Shown: positions 37,367 to 46,098 of the stretch, in pieces
Position numbering within the stretch: position 1 is the stretch's first letter
Layout: every line of letters begins with the position of its first letter
DNA from: an uncultured Clostridia bacterium
Lineage (GTDB): Bacteria; Bacillota; Clostridia; Christensenellales; UBA1242
Direction of reading: 5' to 3'
Assembly (NCBI GenBank): GCA_934754335.1
Contig: CAKVHY010000002.1
Location: forward strand, 40,761-104,760
DNA: 64,000 bases
Program-made: the position numbers and the translations under genes
The notes under the pieces: model-generated
What the model saw: the letters and a program-made list of their open reading frames with translations, nothing else
Told to the model about the DNA's origin: nothing
Database searches by the model: none

Positions 37367-40300
37367 ATGAAGAAATCTACAAAGATTATTACTACAATTG
37401 TTGCTATAGTTTTGGTTTGTGCTGGCATGGCAATAGGAATTTATGCTGCCACTATTGGTGGAGCAACTATTAGCGCAAATGTTTCATGGACTGCTCAAGA
37501 AGGAGTAAACCTAGAGTTTTGGGCTAAGGCAACGGGCGGAAGTGAAGAGAAGGAAGTAAAAAGACGAACGATTGGACCTAGCACTACAAATCAAGAGGCT
37601 GTAATTACAGGTGACCTGAGTTGCGATTTTGTGGATAACACAAAAGATGATGGAGTTAATAACCCAGGGGCGATTACATTTGAATATAATGTTAAAAATA
37701 ATAGTTTAACAAAATTAAGGGTTAGAGTTACAAAAAATCCTAAAGCAGAAGATGAAAGCGGAACGAGTGCAAATGACCATAAGCCAAAAGTTGTATTATC
37801 TTCTTCTATTGATGGCGGAGCAAGTAATTTAACTACTGTTACAGGAAATAATGGCTGTGTTTTAGAGACAAACCAAGTTTTGAAATTTACAGTTGTTCTT
37901 TCCTTGGCAAGTGGTGGAACGGGAAAGATGAATGCCGATACTGGTTTAGGAACTAATTTTGACGCCGGGGTTAATTTTAATTTCAATGTGGCAGGTTTTT
38001 CAAGTGGGACAGAATCTAATTCTATTAACACAATAGTTGATGGAATTAAAGCAACAACTCCGTTGAGTGAAGCGTCTGCATCTGGACAAACTTTAGGTGA
38101 GTTTTTGTCTTTAAGAGAACCTGAAGTTAGTACCGGTTGGTTTTTAGATGAAGAATTAACCAAAGCAGTTACTGAACAGAACTTAAATGCTGAAATTAGA
38201 GAAGATGCTGAAACTTCAAATTTATATTGCAGAACTGCAAGTACTGATGGCTTAAAATTTATATTGTCTAGTGATGGAAAGTCTTATCTTGTTGAAGCGG
38301 AAGATTCTTCCACTATAAGCGGAGAAGTTGTTATTCCTAATAAACATCAAGGCTTACCTGTAATAGGGCTTACTGATGCTAAGGTTAATTACACAAGCAT
38401 ACCTACAGGGACTGGAGCGTTTTTTGGTGCTAGAAATATTACAAGTGTAATTTTACCTAATTCGTTTAAGACTCTTGGACCAAATGCAATGTCTTATTGC
38501 GAAGGATTGATAAAGATTTCAATTCCTGATTCTGTAACTAGTTTAGGAGGTAGTTTGTTTGGTGGTTGTACAAATTTAGGCGGAATTGTTATTCCTGCTT
38601 CTGTAACCGAAGTGGGAGCATATATTTTTGCTGAATGTACAAGTTTAACATATGCAACGTTACCTTATTCTTTAAATTCAATTGTTAACGGAATGTTTTT
38701 CTCGTGCAAAAGTTTGATAGATGTTGCAATTCCAAACAATGTAACAAGTATAAGATATAGTGCATTTGACGGATGTAAGAGTTTAACAAATATAACAATT
38801 CCTGCGAGCGTAACAATCATTGATCAAAATGCCCTTACAAGATGTGAAAGTTTGACTAGTATTAATATTCCTGCCAGTGTAACAACTGTTGGAATTAATG
38901 CATTTTTGGATTGCGGTCATTTGGAAGAAGTGACAATAGAAAATGGCGTAACAAGAATAGATGCGAATGCATTTGAAAAATGCGTTAGTTTAAAAGAAAT
39001 CAAAATTCCTAATAGTGTTACATATATAGGAGAAGCCATATTCAAACATTGTTCTAGTTTAACCTCGGCCATATTATCAAATAAAATAAAAGTCATTACA
39101 CCATATGCATTTTATAGTTGTGTTAACTTACAAAATATAACTATTCCAAGTAATATAGTTATTGATAAATATGCATTTTCTGGTTGTGAAGAATTAGTGA
39201 GTGTTAGTCAACTGGATAATACAGAAACAAGTGGTGGAGTTAGTGTGGGAGAGAATGCTTTTAGGGGGTGTACTAAATTAACAAACTTTGATGTTGATAT
39301 TGAAGGGTTAAGTTCAGACGCATTTAGAGATTGCAGTAGTTTATCTACTTTGACATTAATAAACAGTAATAATTTAAAAACTATAAGTGTTAGAGCATTT
39401 TATGGATGTAAAAATCTAACCAGTATAGTTATTCCAAGCAGTGTAACCAGCATAAAAAGTACAGCATTTCAAGGTTGTTCTGGTTTGACAAGTATATTTA
39501 TTCCCCAAAGTGTAACATCTATAGGAGTTTCTGCATTTGACGATTGTAGTAGTTTGCAAAGTATAGAAGTTGAAAGTGGCAACACTAAATATGATAGCCG
39601 AGATAATTGTAATGCGATTATAGAAAGTGCTAGTAATAAACTCATTACAGGATGCAAAACAACAGTTATTCCTAATACAGTAACAAGCATAGGTGCTTCA
39701 GCATTTGTTGGTAGTGGCATAACAAGTATAACAATCCCGGATAGCGTTACAAGTATAAATAATTTAGCGTTTGCTTGTTGTACAAAATTGTCCAGTGTAA
39801 CAATTGGCAAAGGAGTAACGGAAATATGGAATCAAGTATTTCAAGGTTGTACTAGTTTAACAAGCATAATTATTCCTAAAAATGTAACATCTATAAGAAC
39901 TTTGACATTCGCTGACTGTACTAGTTTACAAAGTATTGTAGTTGAAAGTGGCAATACTAAATATGATAGTCGAGATAATTGTAATGCAATTATAGAAACT
40001 GCTAGTAATACATTAATTCAAGGATGTAAAACAACAGTTATTCCGAATACAGTAAAAATCATAGGTTATTCTTCGTTTTCTGGTTGCAGTGATTTGACAA
40101 GCATAGAAATTCCTAACAGTGTTGAAAGTATGGAAAGTTATGCTTTTGAGAATTGTACAGGTTTAATAAGTATTGTTATTCCGGCTAATTTGATAAGTAT
40201 TGAAAAAAGTGTTTTTTCAAATTGTAATAGTTTGGCAAATATAAAAGTTGAAAGTGGCAATACAAAATATGATAGCCGAGATAATTGTAATGCAATTATT

Positions 40301-40921
40301 GAAACCGCTAGTAACACGTTAATTTTTGGTTGTAAATCAACAATTATTCCTAATACTGTAACAAGCATAGAATCTAATGCATTTTATGGATGCGTTGGCT
40401 TAACAAGTATAGTTATTCCAGAGAGTGTAACAAGTATAGGGCTAGGTGCTTTTGCGTATTGTCGCGATTTGATAAGTATAAATGTTGCAAATGGGAATAC
40501 TATATATGATAGTAGAGATAATTGCAACGCGGTTATTGAAACATCAAGTAATAAATTGATTGTAGGCTGTAAAAATACAATTATTCCAACTTCAGTAACA
40601 GCAATTGGTAAAGGAGCATTTGAAGGTCATAGTGGATTAACTAATATAGAAATATCAGATAATGTGATAAGTATTGATTCTTCTGCATTTGCATGTTGTT
40701 CTGGATTAAAAATGATATTTATTCCAAGTTCTGTTTCAACTTTATCAAATTATTCAAATTTATATTCGATTGTATTTAGAGGATGTTCTTCAAGATTAAA
40801 AATATATTGTGAAGTACCAGAGCCTCTTTCAAGTTGGATAGAGTCGTGGAATTGGTATGATGAGAATTTAGACTTAGAAACTCATTATGGTGTAACCCGT
40901 GCTGAATTTGATGCTTTATAA
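37367..40921 (+). CDS. BspA-type leucine-rich-repeat surface protein, paralog 1 (1184 aa)
   Basis: N-terminal K-rich/TM/IYAAT signal, ~190-aa beta-rich domain, and a Flg_new-like segment (TGWFLDEELTKAV). More than 30 LRR_5-type units follow (IPxSVTSIGxxAFxxCxxLTSI), then a conserved C-terminus LKIYCE...W..WNWY. Confidence 0.88.
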   Translation: MKKSTKIITTIVAIVLVCAGMAIGIYAATIGGATISANVSWTAQEGVNLEFWAKATGGSEEKEVKRRTIGPSTTNQEAVITGDLSCDFVDNTKDDGVNNPGAITFEYNVKNNSLTKLRVRVTKNPKAEDESGTSANDHKPKVVLSSSIDGGASNLTTVTGNNGCVLETNQVLKFTVVLSLASGGTGKMNADTGLGTNFDAGVNFNFNVAGFSSGTESNSINTIVDGIKATTPLSEASASGQTLGEFLSLREPEVSTGWFLDEELTKAVTEQNLNAEIREDAETSNLYCRTASTDGLKFILSSDGKSYLVEAEDSSTISGEVVIPNKHQGLPVIGLTDAKVNYTSIPTGTGAFFGARNITSVILPNSFKTLGPNAMSYCEGLIKISIPDSVTSLGGSLFGGCTNLGGIVIPASVTEVGAYIFAECTSLTYATLPYSLNSIVNGMFFSCKSLIDVAIPNNVTSIRYSAFDGCKSLTNITIPASVTIIDQNALTRCESLTSINIPASVTTVGINAFLDCGHLEEVTIENGVTRIDANAFEKCVSLKEIKIPNSVTYIGEAIFKHCSSLTSAILSNKIKVITPYAFYSCVNLQNITIPSNIVIDKYAFSGCEELVSVSQLDNTETSGGVSVGENAFRGCTKLTNFDVDIEGLSSDAFRDCSSLSTLTLINSNNLKTISVRAFYGCKNLTSIVIPSSVTSIKSTAFQGCSGLTSIFIPQSVTSIGVSAFDDCSSLQSIEVESGNTKYDSRDNCNAIIESASNKLITGCKTTVIPNTVTSIGASAFVGSGITSITIPDSVTSINNLAFACCTKLSSVTIGKGVTEIWNQVFQGCTSLTSIIIPKNVTSIRTLTFADCTSLQSIVVESGNTKYDSRDNCNAIIETASNTLIQGCKTTVIPNTVKIIGYSSFSGCSDLTSIEIPNSVESMESYAFENCTGLISIVIPANLISIEKSVFSNCNSLANIKVESGNTKYDSRDNCNAIIETASNTLIFGCKSTIIPNTVTSIESNAFYGCVGLTSIVIPESVTSIGLGAFAYCRDLISINVANGNTIYDSRDNCNAVIETSSNKLIVGCKNTIIPTSVTAIGKGAFEGHSGLTNIEISDNVISIDSSAFACCSGLKMIFIPSSVSTLSNYSNLYSIVFRGCSSRLKIYCEVPEPLSSWIESWNWYDENLDLETHYGVTRAEFDAL
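38330..40800 (+). repeat. BspA-type LRR array (~23-25-aa units) within paralog 1
   Basis: Iterated IP.SVTSI...AF..C..LTSI units, read directly from the translation. Confidence 0.85.
39569..40608 (+). repeat. Four copies of a 125-nt cassette (VESGNTKYDSRDNCNAIIE.ASN.LI.GCK.T.IPNTVTSIG) at 39569-39693, 39941-40065, 40247-40371 and 40484-40608 (most diverged)
   Basis: Aligned by eye. Copies 1-3 are ~85-90% identical, with long identical runs such as AAATATGATAGCCGAGATAATTGTAATGC. Confidence 0.85.
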
Positions 40922-40950
40922 AAAAACTCCCGAAGGGGAGTTTTTACTTT
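40921..40950 (+). terminator. Rho-independent terminator after BspA paralog 1
   Basis: AAACTCCC-GAAG-GGGAGTTT then T-rich sequence. Confidence 0.8.
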
Positions 40951-41025
40951 TTATATCAATTAGATTAAGTTGTTCTTTGAAATCTATTAATTGGCTTCAA
41001 CTAAAAAGATTTTTAGTTTAAATCT

Positions 41026-41598
41026 TTACTCATTGTTATCTATAAAATTATCATACAAGAATTCAAAGATTTGTGGGGCTTTATTTGTCCATTTATTGCA
41101 AGCGTTTATTGCAGTACTTTTATTTGGTGCTTTTAAATTTATTTCTAGCAAAGAAGTATTAACCATAGGTTCTCTAATTCTAAGAGTAACCCTATAAGAG
41201 CCTTCAGGCATCTTAACATATTCGCTAACATATTCTTGATTTCTTTTAAATGTCATTCTATTTTCTTTAGCGAACGTATCAATTCCTTCTCTAATAGAAA
41301 CTGGGATTCTTTGATAAAAATGGCTCAAACATTCTCTGCCTGCATATGTGATTGCATATCTAACTTCTTCTTTATTTACATTTTCATAAGTGCTATCCAC
41401 TGTGTAAATAAATCCCATTTCTTGCAACTGAGAAATAATTTCAATACAATCCATATAAGTTATTTTTAACCAATAATCTCTAGTTACGATATCTATAATA
41501 CTATGCTGGGTTAGTGGAATTTCCATTTTATCTAGGATAAATAAAACTTTTAATTTGTCAACAATATCTTCTGTGGGAATATTCATATCTCTCTCCAT
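41026..41598 (-). CDS. DUF4364-like putative winged-helix regulator
   Basis: Layout and motifs (KLKVLFILDKMEIPLT, ...RYAITYAGRECLSHF) resemble the clostridial DUF4364 family from memory. An alternative start at ATG 41586 has the better SD (GGAGAG). Confidence 0.6.
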   Translation of the reverse strand: MERDMNIPTEDIVDKLKVLFILDKMEIPLTQHSIIDIVTRDYWLKITYMDCIEIISQLQEMGFIYTVDSTYENVNKEEVRYAITYAGRECLSHFYQRIPVSIREGIDTFAKENRMTFKRNQEYVSEYVKMPEGSYRVTLRIREPMVNTSLLEINLKAPNKSTAINACNKWTNKAPQIFEFLYDNFIDNNE

Positions 41599-41745
41599 AA
41601 ATAATTTCAGAGTTATTATATCATAACCTTAAAAAAATTCAAATACTAAATTTAAAATTTATATGGTTTAGATTTATAAAAATTAATAAATTTGTATAAA
41701 AAGTCATTATTTATTAAGATTTAATAGAAAAATGTTTTAAAATGT

Positions 41746-41774
41746 TTGGAAATTGCAAATAAAGTTTATATAAT
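41746..41774 (+). promoter_or_regulatory. Candidate promoter of 41796 gene (TTGGAA-17-TATAAT)
   Basis: TTGGAA 41746-41751, TATAAT 41769-41774. Confidence 0.45.
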
Positions 41775-41795
41775 ATTATAAGGAGTTTTTGAGCC

Positions 41796-42581
41796 TTGAG
41801 TGTTATTATAGAGAGTGAAAAAGGGAAAGTTTTAGAGTTTTTTGATGCTCTAGATGAAATGATTTCAGGGAAGTTTATTCTTTCCGACGTTAAAATTTCA
41901 AAAATTCTTAAGATTATAGCGGGATGTGAAACGCTATATAATCTTTTTGCAAAATGTTTAATAGATTTTAATTTTAAGCAAGAAATGAAAGATAGCATTG
42001 TTTCTAAAAAGACCAATGGTGGATTTATTGTTTTGCCAGAGGACGATAACAAGAAGATTGCTTATATTTTTCATTTGTTTGTTCAGGTGGATAATAAAAA
42101 GATAAATTTGCAAAACTTTATTAATGAATACTTTTTCAATCCCGATGGCTATAATTTTAGTTATGCCAACTTTTCTAGAAACATGCTTATTCCTTTCAAA
42201 GATGCAGTTCAGAATGCATTAGAGATAGATGAAGGCGATGGCTATCAAGAAACTAACAACAATAAGGAAGATGAAGAAATGGAAAAAGAATACGAAAAGA
42301 ATGATAATGCAGATTTAAAAATGCTTTATGCTAAATTAATGGTTAGTTTGAGCGACCTTTATTCTGCAGTTTTGAAAGATAATAAAATTAAGATGGAGCA
42401 AAAAGAAGAAGTTTATATCATAGTTTCTGCTCTTAATGAAGCCACAAGGATTCAAAATATAAGAATCATTAACGCTTTAATTATTCCGCTTGAATACGTT
42501 TTGAAAAAAAATAAGAAGATTAGACCTTATTATAATGTTGTTCAAGACGATCTTTGCGAAATCTATGATGCTTTGCAATAA
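41796..42581 (+). CDS. Hypothetical cytoplasmic protein with acidic central linker
   Basis: TTG start 10 nt after AAGGAG. TTGGAA-17-TATAAT promoter at 41746-41774. No recognised motif. Confidence 0.6.
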   Translation: MSVIIESEKGKVLEFFDALDEMISGKFILSDVKISKILKIIAGCETLYNLFAKCLIDFNFKQEMKDSIVSKKTNGGFIVLPEDDNKKIAYIFHLFVQVDNKKINLQNFINEYFFNPDGYNFSYANFSRNMLIPFKDAVQNALEIDEGDGYQETNNNKEDEEMEKEYEKNDNADLKMLYAKLMVSLSDLYSAVLKDNKIKMEQKEEVYIIVSALNEATRIQNIRIINALIIPLEYVLKKNKKIRPYYNVVQDDLCEIYDALQ

Positions 42582-42582
42582 T

Positions 42583-43554
42583 CTATAGAATTATAAATCC
42601 TAATATCAAGGCAAGTGCAAGAGATATTAGGCATTGAGTTGTTTTTGTTAATAGGTATAGTTTAAAACTTATGCCTATTTTTTTTAGAAATGTGTATGCC
42701 TGAAAATGTACTGAAAATCCGCCAAATCCTATCATAACTGATGAAAGAACCAGCAATGTTCTTAAGTTTTCAGTGCTCTTACTTAAATCTAGGCAACCCC
42801 TTGTAACTTCCACAATTCCATTTAGAAAACTTTGAGTGGCGTTTACATTAATATTAGGAAACACCATCTTGATAAGTGAAAGCAGGGGAGAGAATACATT
42901 GTAGTTATTTAAAATGCTTATAATTAGAAAGAATATTGCCACATATCCGCCAATAATTAAAATGCTTTTTATTGAATTAAACATACATTCTTCTAGTATG
43001 TTTTTGTTAGAAAACATCTTGGCAATCTGAGCATTATTGTTTTTTAACCTTTCTTCTTTGCCAATATTTCTATAGATAAGTCCGTTTAATAATGCACTTA
43101 AAATATGTACTATTAAAATCATTATGCCAATCATCTGGCTTTTGAATAATCCAATGCCTATAGTTCCAATTATAAATAAAGGACCGCTTGTGGAAGTATA
43201 AGACATAATTCTAGTGGCTTCATTTTTTGTTATAACATTTTTTTCAAACATATCTGCTGTTAGTTTTGCTCCAACGGGATAACCAGATAATATGCTCATA
43301 ACAAATATGTATCCGCTAATTCCGCTTGTGTTGTACATTTTTTTTGTAATTGGACTTAAGTATTTCCCAACTGCTTCAGGAAAACCAAGTTCTGCCAAGA
43401 ATTTAGTGAAAAAGAAAAAAGGGAAAAGAGCGGGAAGAACCGCAGTTGCCCAAACTCTAATTCCGCTTAAGAATGCATCAATATTGTTTGCTGGGTCTAT
43501 GACCAAAAAAAATAGGACAAGCGTTAGGATTAAAATCAAAAACTTTTTCTTCAT
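42583..43554 (-). CDS. ylbJ: Sporulation integral membrane protein YlbJ-like (nucleoside-recognition/Gate domains)
   Basis: Polytopic. WATAVLPALFPFFF and GISGYIFVMSILSGYPVGAKL are typical of YlbJ/SpmA-type Gate domains. Adjacent to ylbM/tmcAL, as in Bacillus. Confidence 0.7.
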   Translation of the reverse strand: MKKKFLILILTLVLFFLVIDPANNIDAFLSGIRVWATAVLPALFPFFFFTKFLAELGFPEAVGKYLSPITKKMYNTSGISGYIFVMSILSGYPVGAKLTADMFEKNVITKNEATRIMSYTSTSGPLFIIGTIGIGLFKSQMIGIMILIVHILSALLNGLIYRNIGKEERLKNNNAQIAKMFSNKNILEECMFNSIKSILIIGGYVAIFFLIISILNNYNVFSPLLSLIKMVFPNINVNATQSFLNGIVEVTRGCLDLSKSTENLRTLLVLSSVMIGFGGFSVHFQAYTFLKKIGISFKLYLLTKTTQCLISLALALILGFIIL

Positions 43555-43605
43555 CTAAAAACCTTTTAATATTTCTTTCTAAATTATATTAAAAGACTTT
43601 TAAAA

Positions 43606-43640
43606 ATATGAAAAAGGCTCTGCATTTAAGCAAAGCCTTA
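43606..43640 (-). terminator. Rho-independent terminator after tmcAL (minus strand)
   Basis: AAGGCT.TGC / GCA.AGCCTT stem, with a T-run on the minus strand. Confidence 0.65.
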
Positions 43641-43643
43641 GTT

Positions 43644-44897
43644 TTATTCTATAATTGTTTTTGTATATAAATCAGGTGAATATTTAGGGATTTTTGAACA
43701 TTTTGTTAGAAGCATGTTATAAACTGCATTTGCATTATCTTCAATCTCCGCAAGTTTTAAGTATAACTCATCAGGGTCTTTAACGATATTGCTATTTCTA
43801 ATAATCAAATTTGTGTTTGCTGAAATACTTGAAAGCAAATCTTTCCTTGCCGATTTGAAAGCCAAAACTTTAATAAATGGCAATCTATCAATCTTGTAAA
43901 TTGAGCCCACGCTTTCTTTATCTATATTTAATAATAATCTTAAAACTATTCTCTTTAACCTTGTAAACGAATATCTTTTAGACTTAACATCAAGAAGAAG
44001 TTCTTGAATATTCTTAAATTGTTTCGCACTATCTTTGAATTTGTTTTCCAAACCTTCGCTAACGTCATAGATTTCTTTAATTTCGCTCTTTGGTCTTGTT
44101 TTAAGGGCATATAGGCATAAGTTTCCAAATAATTCCATGTTTGGCAATCCAAACACTTTCATTTCTTCTTTTAAATAATTATAGGTTACTTTTGGAACAA
44201 GTTTTTTAATAGAGCGAACATTATTTGTTTTATAAAGCCTTGCTCTAATTGCAGTGGCACTAGTATCTTTTCCGTTAATCTCTTCGCTTAAATAATCGCT
44301 ATGTTCTCTAACTGTGAATAATGGTTCAATCTCGCTATTTGTAAGATACAAAGCCTTTAAGTACTCAATCGCCAAAATATTATTAGGTTTTCTTAAGATA
44401 TTTAAAACTTCAGTTATTTCGCTAAACTCTATAATATCTTCTCTCATCAACTCTTCTAAAGCCTTTTCTCTAGAAACCGCCATTGAGTTGCCCTGACTTA
44501 AATACTTATTTAATCTTTCCTTATATTCCTTTGGTTCTTTTGCTAAATACTTTGCCACTTCTTTTAATAGTTCAAATTTTGTGGTTTCGCAACCAAAAGA
44601 TAGGTGAGTAACATTCTCAAACGAGTTTGCAATCTTAACACCAGCAAGAGCAAATATTTCAGCGCTAGAGCATGCATAAGCAGTTGGCATTTGAACCACG
44701 ATATCTGCGCCTGCTTCCAAAGCAATTTTAGAACGTATATATTTATTTGCTATTGCAGGTTCGCCTCTTTGACAGAAGTTGCCTGCCATTATGCACATAA
44801 CAGCGTCTGCTCCGCTAAGCCTTTTGCTTTCTTCAATATGTTGTAAATGACCGTAGTGTAAAGGATTATATTCACAAATGATTGCACAAATTTTCAT
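43644..44897 (-). CDS. tmcAL: tRNA(Met) cytidine acetate ligase (YlbM family nucleotidyltransferase)
   Basis: MKICAIICEYNPLHYGHLQHI (HxGH nucleotidyltransferase motif). ~415 aa, the typical length. Confidence 0.85.
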   Translation of the reverse strand: MKICAIICEYNPLHYGHLQHIEESKRLSGADAVMCIMAGNFCQRGEPAIANKYIRSKIALEAGADIVVQMPTAYACSSAEIFALAGVKIANSFENVTHLSFGCETTKFELLKEVAKYLAKEPKEYKERLNKYLSQGNSMAVSREKALEELMREDIIEFSEITEVLNILRKPNNILAIEYLKALYLTNSEIEPLFTVREHSDYLSEEINGKDTSATAIRARLYKTNNVRSIKKLVPKVTYNYLKEEMKVFGLPNMELFGNLCLYALKTRPKSEIKEIYDVSEGLENKFKDSAKQFKNIQELLLDVKSKRYSFTRLKRIVLRLLLNIDKESVGSIYKIDRLPFIKVLAFKSARKDLLSSISANTNLIIRNSNIVKDPDELYLKLAEIEDNANAVYNMLLTKCSKIPKYSPDLYTKTIIE

Positions 44898-45034
44898 ATT
44901 TTCGCCTCTTTTTTCTTTACAATGGTTTAAAAATATTGTACTATACCTAGAGTTTTAAGTTCTTTAATATTTTAGGTATTATACTAAAGATTCAAACTAA
45001 ATCAAAATAAAATAATAAATAAAGAAGGTCTTTT

Positions 45035-46030
45035 ATGGAATTTAAGAGTGATATTGAGAAAAAATGGTTTGAAAAAGCAAAAAGTTTGCAAAAAACTATA
45101 GTTTTGCCTGAAGCAAGTTATAGCGATAGAATGGTTAAAGCAGGCATTAAATGTGCGGAAAATGAAATTGCTAAAATTATATTGTTGGTTAAAAACGATA
45201 ACGATTTAGATAAATATAATCTTTCTGCTTATCCGAGCATTAAGGTTATTAATATAAACACAAGCGAGTATCTTCCTATGCTTGCTGATGCGTTATATTT
45301 AAAAAGAAAAGATAAAGGTTTAACTCAAGAAGACGCAATGAAATTAGTTCATGATGAGGTTTACTTTGCCACAATGATGGTGGAATTATCTTTGGCAGAT
45401 GGCTTGGTTGCAGGAGCAGAGATTAGTACTTCTAAAACATTCAAACCAGCATTGCAAATCATTAAAGGGAAAACTAAACAAACTAAGATTAGTAGTTTCT
45501 TTGTTATGGTTAGAGAAAATAATGGCAAGGAAGAAAAATATGTTTTGGCTGATTGTGGAATGAATATAAATCCAACCGCTGAAGAAATTAGCGAGATTGC
45601 TAAAGACTCAGCAAAGTCGGCAAGAGAGATTGCTTTTGTGGACGAGCCAAAAGTGGCATTGCTTTCTTATTCCACAAAGGGAAGTGCTGAAGGTGATAGC
45701 GCAATTAAGATGAGAGAAGCATTTAATATCTTGGAGAAGAGCGATGTGGATTTCATTTACGATGGTGAAATTCAATTAGATGCATCAATCGTTCCTGAAG
45801 TTGCAAAGTTAAAATGCCCAAATTCTAAATTGAAGGGAGAAGCAAATGTTCTTGTGTTCCCAGATTTGGAAAGTGGAAATATTGGTTATAAATTAATGGC
45901 AAGATTTGGTGGATTTAAGGCATATGGCCCAGTGGCTCAAGGCATGAGAAAACCTATAAATGATGTTAGTCGTGGTGCAACAGTTGATGAAATTGTGGTT
46001 ACAATTGCAATAACTGCTATTCAAGATTAA
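45035..46030 (+). CDS. pta: Phosphate acetyltransferase
   Basis: TIVLPEA, LADGLVAGA, LLSYSTKGSA, LVFPDLESGNIGYKL, RGATVDEIV. Confidence 0.93.
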   Translation: MEFKSDIEKKWFEKAKSLQKTIVLPEASYSDRMVKAGIKCAENEIAKIILLVKNDNDLDKYNLSAYPSIKVININTSEYLPMLADALYLKRKDKGLTQEDAMKLVHDEVYFATMMVELSLADGLVAGAEISTSKTFKPALQIIKGKTKQTKISSFFVMVRENNGKEEKYVLADCGMNINPTAEEISEIAKDSAKSAREIAFVDEPKVALLSYSTKGSAEGDSAIKMREAFNILEKSDVDFIYDGEIQLDASIVPEVAKLKCPNSKLKGEANVLVFPDLESGNIGYKLMARFGGFKAYGPVAQGMRKPINDVSRGATVDEIVVTIAITAIQD

Positions 46031-46098
46031 AAATTGTCTTGCAAAAATTTGCGGATTATGATATAAATTATGTATATTAAATGTAAGGAAGTTAGATT

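Noticed and set aside
37591-38163. 190-aa ORF on the minus strand inside BspA paralog 1. Similar antisense ORFs lie at 39469-39810, 40138-40368 and 49012-49326.
   Set aside because: They lie entirely antisense to a strongly supported CDS and have no SD or promoter. Their low-complexity, Leu/Val-rich translations are typical of shadow frames of repeat-rich genes.
38330-40800. Highly regular ~70-nt periodic repeats that could be mistaken for a CRISPR array or a satellite.
   Set aside because: The periodicity is the coding LRR unit of one continuous ORF. There are no unique spacers and no cas genes.
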